From Patescibacteria group bacterium (GTDB lineage: Bacteria; Patescibacteriota; Patescibacteriia; UBA9934): DNA of 63,377 nt. Where the stretch lies: the NCBI GenBank assembly GCA_041666205.1, contig JBAYHI010000006.1, positions 1 through 63,377 on the forward strand. Reading direction: 5' to 3'. The first letter of the stretch is position 1. Each line of letters opens with the position of its first letter. Of the stretch, positions 8,963 through 19,800 are shown one piece after another. The translations under genes were made by a program, and so were the position numbers. The notes beneath the pieces were generated by a model. It did no database searches. It saw only the letters and a program-made list of their open reading frames with translations, and was not told where the DNA came from.

Positions 8963-9354
8963 AAAAGGCATTTCCCATTCACCTCATCCCCAATCCCCTC
9001 GCTCTCCTGCGCAAAGCCGGCTATGCGCCGTTTACTGACCCCAAGAGTGGCGAGGATAGCTATGTACTACGCCTGACCGCTGACTATTATCCACGCTTTC
9101 ACCTCTACGTTGAGGAAACGCCAAGTGAGGTCACGCTCAGCCTGCATTTGGATCAAAAAAAGCCAAGCTATCGAGGCACCGCACATAAACACTCGGGAGA
9201 CTATGATTCTCCGGTTGTAGAGCGCGAACTAGAGCGCCTGGTACGATGGGTGGCTGTGGATTCTGGTGTATCACTCGATGAAGCAAAACACGAAAAAGAT
9301 CCGGAAATAGAAAACCCGCCAGAAAAGCGCTCAATGTTTGGAGGGATTTTCTAG
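8959..9354 (+). CDS. hypothetical protein
   Basis: 131-aa ORF, ATGA-coupled to the kinase-like gene. No motif recognised. Confidence 0.45.
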   Translation: MKKAFPIHLIPNPLALLRKAGYAPFTDPKSGEDSYVLRLTADYYPRFHLYVEETPSEVTLSLHLDQKKPSYRGTAHKHSGDYDSPVVERELERLVRWVAVDSGVSLDEAKHEKDPEIENPPEKRSMFGGIF

Positions 9355-9390
9355 AAGTACGTGTACATATGAAAAATGACCAATAACACA

Positions 9391-9412
9391 GAACAGGCCG
9401 TGCGGCCTGTTC
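9391..9412. terminator. bidirectional hairpin between convergent genes
   Basis: gaacaggcc-gtgc-ggcctgttc, abutting the stop codon of the repeat protein. Confidence 0.55.
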
Positions 9413-12058
9413 TTATCTTGTCAGTCCTCTTTTGTCAGTGATTTCTCTTTTTGCCATCCTTCGTTTATACATCTTGTCAGCGCCGGCCTGCCTTACTCTT
9501 TCTGTTTCCGCATCCACAGGTCCCGCAGGTCGCTGCAGGGAAATAAGTTCCGCCGTTTTTCCAATCTCGTTCAGAATAACTTGATTTGCGAATAAAGATT
9601 TTTTTAAATCCTTTAATTCCTTTTTAGCGACCATGAGTTCTCGCGATGCAAAGAGTTCGCGCCACGCACCTCGCAAGCCTTGACCCTTGATCATATCGTA
9701 TTTTGCTTGTTGTGCATTCACCTCCCGGGCAATACGACGCGTATCCGTGACCAGATTTAAATACCCTTTATGGTCTTTTGGAAACTCATCCGCGAGCATA
9801 GATGCCGTCGCCGGATCCGTCTGAACTTCAGCAAGCACTTCTTGATACTCAGCCCAGGTGAGTGGAGTTGCATCCTGCACTTCTGCATTTGCCTCGCGCG
9901 CTCGTTCTGTAGTCGCATTTCGCGCCATTTCATTTTTGAGCATGAGCGATTCGTACGAGTTCGATTCGTCTACTTCTGCTTGTTCCGTTTGTGCCATCGC
10001 CTTTTTGGTTTCTGCGAGGAGTCTGCGCTCTTCCGCACGATCTTCGCGTGCTCGTTTTGCTTTTTCAATTTCTAATGCCTCCTGTGCCGCAACAAGCTCT
10101 CGTGCCTTCGCAATTTGATTTTGGCGAGCCTGCTCGGTTGCGATGCCCTTACGACGACTCCAATCAACAATATTATTTGAAACCTCCGATTGCATCACGT
10201 CAAACGATTCCCCGAGTTTTCCCTTCAAATAATCACGATACCCATTTGCATCCATTTCGAGAACGCCGTCTTCTTCTTCACGTTGCGCACGATCCCGATT
10301 CCAATTAGCAACGAGCTCCATGATTTCCGTTTGCTTTGATGCATCGCGCTTTTCTTCTGGGGATAGTTGCGAAAAAAGCATCTCACGATACGTCGATTCC
10401 GTGGCGACAAGTTCTTTGTCAGCTGATGAAATATTTTCCCGACGACGCTGTTGTTCCATGGCTGTTTCTTCTGCAGCCCGTGCCGCAGTCTCTGCTTCTT
10501 CTTTTGCCTTTCTCGTTGTCGTTCGCACTTGTGCTTTCTTTTGAATCGCTCGCTCCATTAATTTTAATTTTGCTTTCCGTTGATTCCAATCCACGATGTT
10601 TGCGTTGACCTCATCTTCCAGATAATCAAACGATGCGCCAAGCTTCTTCTTGAGATAATCCTCATATGCAGATGGTGTTAAGTCGTACACATGATCCGCA
10701 ACCTCGCGATCAGTGCGTTGATTCTTCCAGTTAGCAACCATCTCATTGATTTCTTCCATCGTCTGCTCATCTTTGAGTTCTAAAGGTGATAACTCCGATG
10801 TAAGAAGAGCGCGATATCCTGCTTCTGTTGCGGCGAGTGCTTGATCTTCATCAGAAATTTCGTGTGTGAGCTCTCGAGAAGAAGCTTCTTGCAAAGACAT
10901 TTCTGCATTGACATCTTCCAAATGCGCCATTGCACGTTTTTGTGATGCTTCATCTTCTTCACGTTCTACTTGCGCTTGCGCCATCTTTTTTTTCTTCTCT
11001 TCAATCGCACGTGATTCAGCTCCGACCTTTCGTCGTGCGCTCCATTCTTTAACATTTTTATCAAGAAGTTTTGCACGCGATTCAACCACATCCTTTGGAA
11101 GAATCCCCTCAAGATACTGACGATATTCAGTCGGGGACATCGAAAGCACGCCATCGCGCGCCTCACGCGCATCACGACGCTGTTCCCAGGCCCGGAGCGC
11201 AATTTGCGCATCACCCGCCGTAAATGGAAGGCCATCTTCGTTCACCAAAACATTTTTAACGTATTCCGCTTGCGAATACAGAGGTTCTGTGGCCGCCTCT
11301 GGCAAATGGCGCTCATATTCTTCCTGTCGTTGTGCAACCTGCTCTTCGATCGCTTTTTCACGTTGCGTGCGAGCCTCCGGAGAAATGGTGCGTAGCATTG
11401 CCAACGATTTTCGTAAACGCTTCTCAAGCTCAGCCGGCGTTTCTAGGGTTTCGACCGTAGCTGATTCCTCGGAATTCTCTTCATCGATTTTTAGAACCTG
11501 AAGGTTCCCTTTTTCATTCAAAAAATAAAGAGGCTTCTCTTGGTATTCCGATACCTCCCCCATGCCCCGTTCAACGATTTCAGGAGCACGTTGAGAGTCC
11601 TTTTGACGTTCTCGCCAATCAAGCACATTTTGGGATACCAATCCGTGCTCGCTTTTCACAAGATCCTCGCCGAGCTGTTCTCCGAGATAGGCACGATATT
11701 CATTTGGATCCATCTCAAGCACTCCGGCTTCTTTTTCACGTTCTGCGCGCTCAATGCGCCATCGCCCAAGTTCATTCTCAATCTGATCATCGTTTCGATC
11801 CAATCCCTGATCGTCATACATTTCCTCGAGCATTTGACGATAGGCGCTCTCGGTAAGCAGGCGATTCTTTGCAGCATCACCAAAATGTGCCTCAAATTCT
11901 CCTTGCTCCATGGCTTTTGGAAGCATTTTTGTAGCAACACCTCGATCACTTACCGACATCTCCTGGAGCACTCCTCTTCTTTCAATCGTTTTCTTTGGTC
12001 TTTTTGTGGCACGATCAAAAATTTTTTGAGTTCGCTCACCACGTAATTCGACGTTCAT
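9413..12058 (-). CDS. 881-aa highly charged protein with four ~86-aa repeats, function unknown
   Basis: Repeat core [ES]xxY[RK]..L ... W..[QR]R..RE...GVL.M....YR.YL...LG......... N[IV].DW..R[KR] at nt 11600-11857, 11024-11281, 10571-10834 and 10148-10411. Start trimmed to MNVELRG (ATG at 12058). Confidence 0.7.
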   Translation of the reverse strand: MNVELRGERTQKIFDRATKRPKKTIERRGVLQEMSVSDRGVATKMLPKAMEQGEFEAHFGDAAKNRLLTESAYRQMLEEMYDDQGLDRNDDQIENELGRWRIERAEREKEAGVLEMDPNEYRAYLGEQLGEDLVKSEHGLVSQNVLDWRERQKDSQRAPEIVERGMGEVSEYQEKPLYFLNEKGNLQVLKIDEENSEESATVETLETPAELEKRLRKSLAMLRTISPEARTQREKAIEEQVAQRQEEYERHLPEAATEPLYSQAEYVKNVLVNEDGLPFTAGDAQIALRAWEQRRDAREARDGVLSMSPTEYRQYLEGILPKDVVESRAKLLDKNVKEWSARRKVGAESRAIEEKKKKMAQAQVEREEDEASQKRAMAHLEDVNAEMSLQEASSRELTHEISDEDQALAATEAGYRALLTSELSPLELKDEQTMEEINEMVANWKNQRTDREVADHVYDLTPSAYEDYLKKKLGASFDYLEDEVNANIVDWNQRKAKLKLMERAIQKKAQVRTTTRKAKEEAETAARAAEETAMEQQRRRENISSADKELVATESTYREMLFSQLSPEEKRDASKQTEIMELVANWNRDRAQREEEDGVLEMDANGYRDYLKGKLGESFDVMQSEVSNNIVDWSRRKGIATEQARQNQIAKARELVAAQEALEIEKAKRAREDRAEERRLLAETKKAMAQTEQAEVDESNSYESLMLKNEMARNATTERAREANAEVQDATPLTWAEYQEVLAEVQTDPATASMLADEFPKDHKGYLNLVTDTRRIAREVNAQQAKYDMIKGQGLRGAWRELFASRELMVAKKELKDLKKSLFANQVILNEIGKTAELISLQRPAGPVDAETERVRQAGADKMYKRRMAKREITDKRGLTR

Positions 12059-12069
12059 ATTGATATTTT

Positions 12070-12098
12070 TACCTAACAAGTATAACAAAAAATTGCAA
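12070..12098 (-). promoter_or_regulatory. promoter of the repeat-protein gene
   Basis: TTGCAA, 17 nt, TAGGTA. Predicted +1 lies about 5 nt upstream of the ATG. Confidence 0.45.
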
Positions 12099-12126
12099 AA
12101 TGCTTTCTAAGTTATGCACAGAAATC

Positions 12127-13419
12127 CTAGGTTGCTAGCCACTTTTCGTCTTGGCGAACAAGAAGTTCCTCGGCGCGAAGAGGTTCAGCCATAATGTCTT
12201 TCACAACTTTTTCCATTCGGGAACTCTGAGAGCCTTTCACGTAAATCACGTCGCCTTCTTGCACATACGCATCTAAATAACGCCCAGCTTCTTCCGACGT
12301 GGCGAACCATTCGATTTTATCGCTTTGCATTCCAGCTTCTTTTGCTCCTTCAACCGCAAACCGCATACTCTCCCCAACCGCAATGAACGTATCGGCAACA
12401 GACGCAACCAATCTCCCAATCTCTTTATGCTCTTTTTCCGTAAGACTCCCGAGCTCCATCATTTGTCCAAGGGCTGCGATGCGACGATCAAATTCTTCGC
12501 CCGGGACGAATTGTTTGAGGAGTTCGAGCCCATTTTTCATGGCAGCGGGCGCAGCATTATAGGAATCATCCAAAATGAGCGTGCCTTTGATACCAGCGAC
12601 AGGATTCAAGCGTCCTTTTTCCGGACGGATTTTTTCATCGAGATCTTTGACCGCGTCAATCAAACGAATCCCAAAATGATCTGCAACCGCAAGCGCTGCA
12701 AGCGATGCCATAACCGGCGCATATCCAAGACAATTCTTGAGATGAAGTCCGGAGATGACGTCCCCGCGCTTGAGTGCGAGCGCTTTGGTGGCGCAAAAAA
12801 GCTCACCCGGATCAAAATGCTCATCGGGTCGAATTTCAATCGAAAGTTCCCGCGCAGAAAAATCTCCCCGCTCCACGCCAAACGTGACCACTGGCGCCAT
12901 GGTGCGGCTACGAATTTTTTCGCAATACGCATCGTCGGCATTAAGAATTGCGAGCCCGTCCTTTGGAACCGCGGCCACAAGCGACGCTTTTTCTTGCACC
13001 AGAGAATCCAAATCAGGGAAATTTGCCACATGTACGGGCGAAATGCCGGTTACAATCCCAATTGTTGGCGGCGCAATCTCGCAGAGCGCGCGAATGTCGC
13101 CGGGCTTATCGGCCCCAAATTCGAGTACGAGAATTTTTGGAAATGAGGTAATACGATACGAATGCCAAAAAATCTTAAGCCACTTGAGGGGTGATTTCCC
13201 CGGGGCATCTTCCCCCAAAATCGTCAGTGGCAATCCGATTTCATTGTTATAATTTTTTTCCGCGGTACGAATATCGAAATGCGGTGCGAGCACTTCATAA
13301 ATTGCTTTCTTGGTACTTGTTTTCCCAATCGACCCGGTAATGGCAATAATCGTTGGATGGAATTTTTGAATAACCGCTCTTGCGCGCGCTTGAAGAAATG
13401 CAATGAGGAGTGCTTTCAT
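12127..13419 (-). CDS. murF: UDP-N-acetylmuramoyl-tripeptide--D-alanyl-D-alanine ligase
   Basis: Mur ligase P-loop ITGSIGKTSTK, the DDSYNAAPAAM motif, and a position downstream of the class B PBP. Confidence 0.85.
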   Translation of the reverse strand: MKALLIAFLQARARAVIQKFHPTIIAITGSIGKTSTKKAIYEVLAPHFDIRTAEKNYNNEIGLPLTILGEDAPGKSPLKWLKIFWHSYRITSFPKILVLEFGADKPGDIRALCEIAPPTIGIVTGISPVHVANFPDLDSLVQEKASLVAAVPKDGLAILNADDAYCEKIRSRTMAPVVTFGVERGDFSARELSIEIRPDEHFDPGELFCATKALALKRGDVISGLHLKNCLGYAPVMASLAALAVADHFGIRLIDAVKDLDEKIRPEKGRLNPVAGIKGTLILDDSYNAAPAAMKNGLELLKQFVPGEEFDRRIAALGQMMELGSLTEKEHKEIGRLVASVADTFIAVGESMRFAVEGAKEAGMQSDKIEWFATSEEAGRYLDAYVQEGDVIYVKGSQSSRMEKVVKDIMAEPLRAEELLVRQDEKWLAT

Positions 13420-13426
13420 AGAGTGT

Positions 13427-15217
13427 TTAAATATCGCGAACAGGTGCGACTTGTAAGTATTCTAGCAAAAATTCCGCAACGTTGTGAAAAATGAGTGCAG
13501 AAGAGCTTTCCGCCCACTCCGTGGATCGTGGACGATCAAGCGTCACTACCATGGCAAATTGCGGATTCTCAACCGGCCCAAACCCCGCAAATGTGGCAAT
13601 CGTGTGATCGGTTTGGTAACCCCCTTCGCTTGACGCAACTTGAGCGGTGCCGGTTTTGCCTGCAATATAATATCCCGGCACAGCCGCACGCGACCCGTGC
13701 CCATTTTCAATGACCGACACCATCATGGCCCCAATCGTGGTGGCAGTTTTTTGCGAAATCACTTGGCGCACCGCGCGAGGGGTTGTGGGAACAACAGCTC
13801 CCCCATCGTATCGACGCTCTTCAATGATATAGGGTTGCATGAGCATGCCCCCATTGGCGAGCGCTGCATAGGCGGACGCCATTTGAAGTGTAGTAGTGGT
13901 TACCCCTTGGCCATAACTTGCCGTGGCATAATAAATTTCCGCGCCGTCTTTGAGGGACTCAAGCGTGCCTGGGACTTCGGTATCGAGTTCAATCCCCGTT
14001 ACTTTTCCCAATCCGAAATTTTCCAAATAAGTGGCCATTTTTTCCCCGCCCATTTTGCGCATCACAAATACCATGCCGGTGTTCAGTGAATTTTCTAATA
14101 CTTGCGTCATGGTTTGAATGCCATGCGCTTTTAAATCAGAATTTCGAATCGTGCGATCGTCCACCTGCACCTCTCCTGGGTCGTCAAACGTAGTGGTAGG
14201 AGCAATCGCTCCGCTATCGATTGCTGCAGCCATCACAAGTGGCTTCATAACCGATCCCGGTTCATAGGAGCTCATAATTGCTCCGTTATTGAAGACGGAA
14301 ATAGATTCGACGTTGCCATAATCGTTTGGATCATAATCGGGCGTATTGCACATCGCAATCACGCGACCGGTCGATGGCTCCAAAATCACAATCGATCCCC
14401 CATCTGCATCAAATTCGCGCACACCCTCTGCCAAATACTTGCAGGCCGTGTATTGAATCGTGCGATCAATCGTAAGGAGCAAATCCCCGCCGTCCACCGC
14501 GCTCGAAAGCGTGCGCGTGCCAACGCCAATCCACTGACCAGCCGTATCGGCTTGCGATTCAATGAATCCATTCACCCCTGCCAGAAAATCCTGTTCAAAT
14601 CCCTCAATGCCATATTGACCGATTTTCGTGCCTTCGGAATCCACGCCCAAAAACCCAAAAATATGTCCGCCGATATTTTTCTCCGGGTAAAAACGTGCTT
14701 CCTCATACGAGATTCCAATGCCCGCCAAATTCGCGTCTTTCACGCGTTCTGCCGTATCTTCATCAATGTCTCGCGCGAGCGGTTCATACGGGTCGTCTTT
14801 TTTGGAAAGACGCGCAAGAAGCGTTTCATATTCGGTTGCTTCGGGGAGCGCAGCGCTTGCCGGATCCGGCACGGTAAGTTGAATGGGAATACGCAAAATG
14901 GTTGCGAGCGCTTTGGCCGTGGCTTCTGCATTTTCCACATGGCGCACATCTGCATAAACAAGCGCGCGACGCTCCGTGGTTGCGGCCAAATATTCCTTGC
15001 CATCTACCCAATCGCGCACAAAAATATCTCCGCGCGAGGCAAAGAGCTCTTCGTAAAACCCATGTTGATTGGAAGACAATTGCTGGTAATACCCCGCGCT
15101 CACGACTTGCAGAATAAAGAGCCGAAAAACGACCACCCCGCCCAAAACCACAAACGTGGCACGAAGCGCACTGCTTCGCCAATCCCGACGACGTGAGGTG
15201 GAGCGAACGGAAAACAT
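13427..15217 (-). CDS. ftsI: class B penicillin-binding protein (transpeptidase)
   Basis: SxxK (GSVMKP), SxN (NSLNTG) and KTG (AGKTGTA) motifs with an N-terminal TM anchor. Symbol is inferred from adjacency to murF. Confidence 0.8.
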   Translation of the reverse strand: MFSVRSTSRRRDWRSSALRATFVVLGGVVVFRLFILQVVSAGYYQQLSSNQHGFYEELFASRGDIFVRDWVDGKEYLAATTERRALVYADVRHVENAEATAKALATILRIPIQLTVPDPASAALPEATEYETLLARLSKKDDPYEPLARDIDEDTAERVKDANLAGIGISYEEARFYPEKNIGGHIFGFLGVDSEGTKIGQYGIEGFEQDFLAGVNGFIESQADTAGQWIGVGTRTLSSAVDGGDLLLTIDRTIQYTACKYLAEGVREFDADGGSIVILEPSTGRVIAMCNTPDYDPNDYGNVESISVFNNGAIMSSYEPGSVMKPLVMAAAIDSGAIAPTTTFDDPGEVQVDDRTIRNSDLKAHGIQTMTQVLENSLNTGMVFVMRKMGGEKMATYLENFGLGKVTGIELDTEVPGTLESLKDGAEIYYATASYGQGVTTTTLQMASAYAALANGGMLMQPYIIEERRYDGGAVVPTTPRAVRQVISQKTATTIGAMMVSVIENGHGSRAAVPGYYIAGKTGTAQVASSEGGYQTDHTIATFAGFGPVENPQFAMVVTLDRPRSTEWAESSSALIFHNVAEFLLEYLQVAPVRDI

Positions 15218-15261
15218 AGGGGCATTTTAACACAAAAATACGACCGCGTGGTCGCATCCTC

Positions 15262-15318
15262 GTCGTACGGGCGGGGTTTCCCCGCCCGTCGTCGGGTCGG
15301 GAAACCCGACCCTTACGG
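15262..15318. repeat. REP-like GC-rich palindromes (class 2), tandem pair; probably also a terminator
   Basis: GTACGGGCGGGG-ttt-CCCCGCCCGT and GGGTCGGG-aaa-CCCGACCC-TTAC, directly downstream of the 15323-15760 gene. Confidence 0.7.
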
Positions 15319-15322
15319 CATA

Positions 15323-15760
15323 TTATGCGTCCTGCAATTCATCTTCGTGCACTTTGCGCCCGAATGCCATTACAATTTCGCCGGTCATGGCGTATTCAAT
15401 AGCGCGAATGGCGTTTCCTTCGGCATTCACAAATTCCCGAATCGTCACCTGCTCGCGATCGCCGTCCTCGCCCGTAAGATGCCCCTGAGCTTCGTAGGAA
15501 AATTCATACTCTTCCCCGCCATAGAGCACCACATCAGACCCGGAATTCAAATCGTCTTCAATGTCGCTAAATAAAATCACCTCATCGGATTCTGGATCAA
15601 TGGCAAGCCACAGCTCTCCCCCATCGCGAACCCAATAAATCGTTTCACCGGTTTCCAAATGCACTTCACTTGTTTCCGTTGGTTCAAACGTTTTATCGTT
15701 TACGGCGATCGAATTTCCCAATTGTAATCGTTCCAATGCCTCGCGAACTTTCATATGCAA
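15323..15760 (-). CDS. acidic small protein (DUF4178-like)
   Basis: 145-aa ORF. Family guess is from overall pattern only. Confidence 0.4.
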   Translation of the reverse strand: MHMKVREALERLQLGNSIAVNDKTFEPTETSEVHLETGETIYWVRDGGELWLAIDPESDEVILFSDIEDDLNSGSDVVLYGGEEYEFSYEAQGHLTGEDGDREQVTIREFVNAEGNAIRAIEYAMTGEIVMAFGRKVHEDELQDA

Positions 15761-15840
15761 ACCCTAAATAATTTTGTGAATCAAAGTATAACAAGTATCG
15801 TTTGGATGTAAACTCTTCATCGCGTGCTTATCCACAATGG

Positions 15841-16416
15841 CTAGAAATCAATCCCCTCCCGCGCGCGCACTCCGGAATAAAAGTAGTGGCGTTCATTGCT
15901 CACACGTGAAATGAGATGTGCGGCATCCAGGAATGATTGCGGAGGATTTCTTCCGGAAAGAGTGACTTCCGTCTGCGGAGATTTTTCCGCAAGCACGCGC
16001 AACACGTCTTCCTCTGCGAGCATGCCCAATTGCGTTGTTGAATTGATCTCATCGAGGACGACGAGGTCAAACGCTCCTGCGAGCGCCTGGCGCGCGCATG
16101 CGAGCCCACGCGATGCTTCTGCACGATCAACGTCCGTGATGGAAAAATCAAATCGACCCGTCACTGGATCAATGCGATCACGCCCCGTTACCCAATACGT
16201 GATGTTTGGGATGCTGTCAAGAATAATCCGTTCAGAGTAGTGCCCGCCACCTTTATCGAAATAGACGATTGCAACCCGTTTGCCCGCACCTGCGCAACGA
16301 ATGGCCGTACCCAAGCACGATGTGGTTTTGCCTTTTCCATCGCCGTGAACAACCTGAATGAGGCCATAGCCTTGGTGCCCGAGGATTCTCTCATCTCGTT
16401 TTGGCGCGTCTGTCAT
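15841..16416 (-). CDS. cobO: ATP:cob(I)alamin adenosyltransferase (CobO/BtuR type)
   Basis: HGDGKGKTTSCLGTAIRCAGAGKRVAIVYFDKGG and LVVLDEINS. Start trimmed to MTDAPKRD (ATG at 16416). Confidence 0.8.
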   Translation of the reverse strand: MTDAPKRDERILGHQGYGLIQVVHGDGKGKTTSCLGTAIRCAGAGKRVAIVYFDKGGGHYSERIILDSIPNITYWVTGRDRIDPVTGRFDFSITDVDRAEASRGLACARQALAGAFDLVVLDEINSTTQLGMLAEEDVLRVLAEKSPQTEVTLSGRNPPQSFLDAAHLISRVSNERHYFYSGVRAREGIDF

Positions 16417-16472
16417 ATCAATCGATTCTAACAAAAAAATCACCCAGATCAAACCAGGTGATTTTTTATGCG

Positions 16473-16835
16473 CTACTTTACGCGCAAATGCATGAAGTGC
16501 AAAATTGGAATCGTGATGAAGTTGAAGAGCATGATCAGAATAAGCCATGTCTTTTTCTGATCAACGGAAAGTGTGGTGCGTGTATACAATCGATGAATCG
16601 CGTACACATACGTCACGATCATGATGACGATGCTTGCAATGTAGTACAAGAACACAAACGGGATGAGAACGACGAGCATAGCGCTCGCATCACTATCCAT
16701 CGAAGCAATGGCCATTCCCACAAGCCCAAAGACCATGAGTGAGGCAATAAAAATAAACGGCCAGAGCACGGCAACATCCCAGAGCCAATGTGTTTTTTGT
16801 TGAGCCATACGAATAAAAATAAATATTGATCCCAT
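16473..16835 (-). CDS. small multi-TM membrane protein
   Basis: 120-aa hydrophobic ORF between nrdJ and cobO. An internal start at MAQQK is possible. Confidence 0.4.
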   Translation of the reverse strand: MGSIFIFIRMAQQKTHWLWDVAVLWPFIFIASLMVFGLVGMAIASMDSDASAMLVVLIPFVFLYYIASIVIMIVTYVYAIHRLYTRTTLSVDQKKTWLILIMLFNFITIPILHFMHLRVK

Positions 16836-16875
16836 TATACCAGAAGTGACCCCTGCGGGTCACTTCTTTTTGCGC

Positions 16876-19800
16876 TTAACTGCATCCACTTGTTCCTCCG
16901 CAATTGAGACATTTGTAACAGGCCCCATTTCGCACCATGATCGATCCACAGGTGTCGCAGGCTGGAGCGTCGGATGTATTGTCAAATGTGGTGGTATGAC
17001 TTGGAGCACTCGGCGCTTCGGTTGCCTTAAATAAATCTGGTTGTGCGGCCACCGGCATTGCTTCTGCTTCCACATGCGGGGTGGCTTGCAAATTATTAAT
17101 GCCAATGCGCTTTTGATCTTCAACCGTGAGGAACTTCATGCCCATCCAGCGGAAGATATAATCAACAATCGATTTTGCCATGCGAATATTTGGATTATTT
17201 GTAAATCCCGATGGCTCAAACCGTGTGTGTACGAATTTATTCACAAGAACCGGAAGGGGCACGCCATATTGCAAGGCCATGGAAATACTCGTGGCAAACG
17301 CGCCCATAAGGCCACTTACAACCGAACCCTCTTTTGCCATCACAATGAAGAGTTCGCCGGGCGTATTGTCGTCGTAGAGCCCAACGGTCATATAGCCTTT
17401 TTGATTCCCAATCTTGAACCGATGAGTAATGGATCGTCGTTCATCTGGAAGTCGGCGACGGCGTGGCGCGAAATCAGGCGTCCCAACGGTTGCCACGGGG
17501 ATGGAGACTTGAACAATCTGATCCTCCTTCTCTTCAACTTTTTCTTGTTTGGTGTCGGATTTTCGAGACGTGGTGAGTGCTTGCTGACGTTTTGATCCGT
17601 CGCGATAAACAGCAATTGCTTTGATGCCCATCTTCCATCCTTCCAAATAGACTTGCTCAATATCCTCAACCGTTGCTTCGTTTGGTAAGTTTACGGTTTT
17701 GCTGATTGCGCCCGATAGGAATGGTTGCACCGCTGCCATCATACGCAAGTGGCCCATATACTGAATACTTCGCTTTCCATTCTTTGCGCGGAACGCACAG
17801 TCAAAAATCGGCAAATGTTCGTCGTGGAGCCCTGGTGCTCCTTCGATCGTATCGTTCTTGTCGATGTAGGAAAGAATCGCGTCGCGCTCGGAGGGCGTAT
17901 ATGCCAACCGATCTAAGGCTTCCGGAATCGACTGGTTCACAATTTTGATCATGCCTCCGCCAACAAGCCATTTATATTTCACGAGCGCAATATCTGGTTC
18001 CACGCCAGTGGTGTCGCAATCCATAAGGAATGCAATCGTACCGGTTGGCGCAAGCACAGAAATTTGGGCATTGCGGTAGCCGTGCAGTTTTCCGTATTCA
18101 AGCGCTTCATCCCAAGATTTACGCGCTGCGTAGAGCAAGTCTTGAGGCACGCCTTCGGTTGGGATTTTGTAGGAAGCATCGCGGTGCATGCCAATGACTT
18201 CAATCATTGACTCACGATTCTTTGGATATTCCGCAAACGTCCCGATCTGTTCTGCAATGCGACTGGATTGCAAATACGATTCCCCCGTGAGAAGTGCCGT
18301 TATGGTTGCGGCCATGTCACGTCCTTCTTTTGAGTCATACGCGAGCCCGCGACTCATGAGCAAGGCGCCAAGGTTTGCAAAGCCGATTCCAAGCGAGCGG
18401 AAATCAATACTATTTTTTTCAATCGCTGGCGTTGGATAGCTAGAAGCGCCCACGATAATTTCTTGTGCCGTAATGATGATATCCACCGCGCGTTTAAATG
18501 ATTCAATATCAAATTCCATTTTCCCGTTTTTCTCAACGCGGAAGCGCATTAAATTAAGCGATGCCAAATTGCATGCTGTATCGTCGAGGAACATATACTC
18601 CGAGCATGGATTGGATGCATTAATCCGACCGCTTTCTTTACAGGTATGCCAACGATTAATGACCGTATCGTACTGAATGCCCGGGTCGCCACATTGCCAG
18701 GTTGCTTCTGCCATTTTGCGGAATAAATCACGCGCCTTAAACGTCACGGAATCTTTCCCGGTTGTGACTTCTTTTGTGGTCCAGTTTGCATCCGCTTCAA
18801 CCGCTTTCATGAACTCGTCAGTGACGCGTACGGAATTATTTGCATTCTGGAAGAAAATCGACCCATACGCATCGCCATCCATTGAGGCATCGTAGCCGGC
18901 GTCCACCAGGGTCCAGGCTTTTTTCTCTTCTTTTACTTTGCACAAAATAAAATCTTCGATATCGGGGTGATCGATATTCAAGATAACCATTTTGGCTGCG
19001 CGACGTGTTTTTCCGCCAGACTTCACAACACCTGCAAATGCATCGAGTCCTTTCATGAAGGAAACCGGGCCAGAAGACTTGCCATTGGATTGACTGAGAT
19101 ATTCTTTTGATGAACGCAATTTTGATAAGTTCGACCCAGTGCCAGATCCACCTTTAAAGAGCATGCTCTCCGTGGTTGCCAAATGCATAATCGAGCGCAT
19201 GTCGTCTTCAACGGAATTGATGAAGCACGCAGAGCACTGCGGATAGGGATTCACGCCAACGTTAAACCAAACCGGACTATTGAATGCAGCTTTTTGGTTA
19301 ATGAGGATGGAGGTGAGTTCGTCTTCGTACACCGAGGCATCGTGTGCGGAATAAAAGTATCCGCTCACACGTCCCCAATTGGTGATTGTGCCCGCCACGC
19401 GACTCATGAGCTGTTTCATGGACGCTTCACGCTCAGGGGTGCCCACTTTTCCGCGGAAATATTTTTGCGCCACAATATTGGTGGCGGTTTGCGACCAAAA
19501 ATCCGGAGTTTCGATATTGTTTTGTTCAAAAATCGCTTCGCCTTTTTCATTGGTGATTTTTGCCGTGCGCATTTCCCAATTGAGTTCATCGTATGGGTGC
19601 ACACCTTCTTTTGTGAAATAGCGTTCCACGCGAATACCCTTCCCAAATTGTGGCTCGCTCCCATTGCGTGGGGCAAGCGCTTGCTTCCACGTCATGTATT
19701 TTCGCGCCACGTGCGTGAGGTTATTATCAATGCACGTCATAGCCACGACTTCACGAATATCGGCCGTGCTTGGCGTAGAGTGCCCATCATAAATGCGCTG

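Noticed and set aside
15248-15574. 108-aa plus-strand ORF starting in the REP pair (VASSSYGRGFPARRRVGKPDPYG...), and 14826-15257 (-).
   Set aside because: The N-terminus is the translated palindrome. The rest is antisense to the 15323-15760 gene or out of frame in ftsI.
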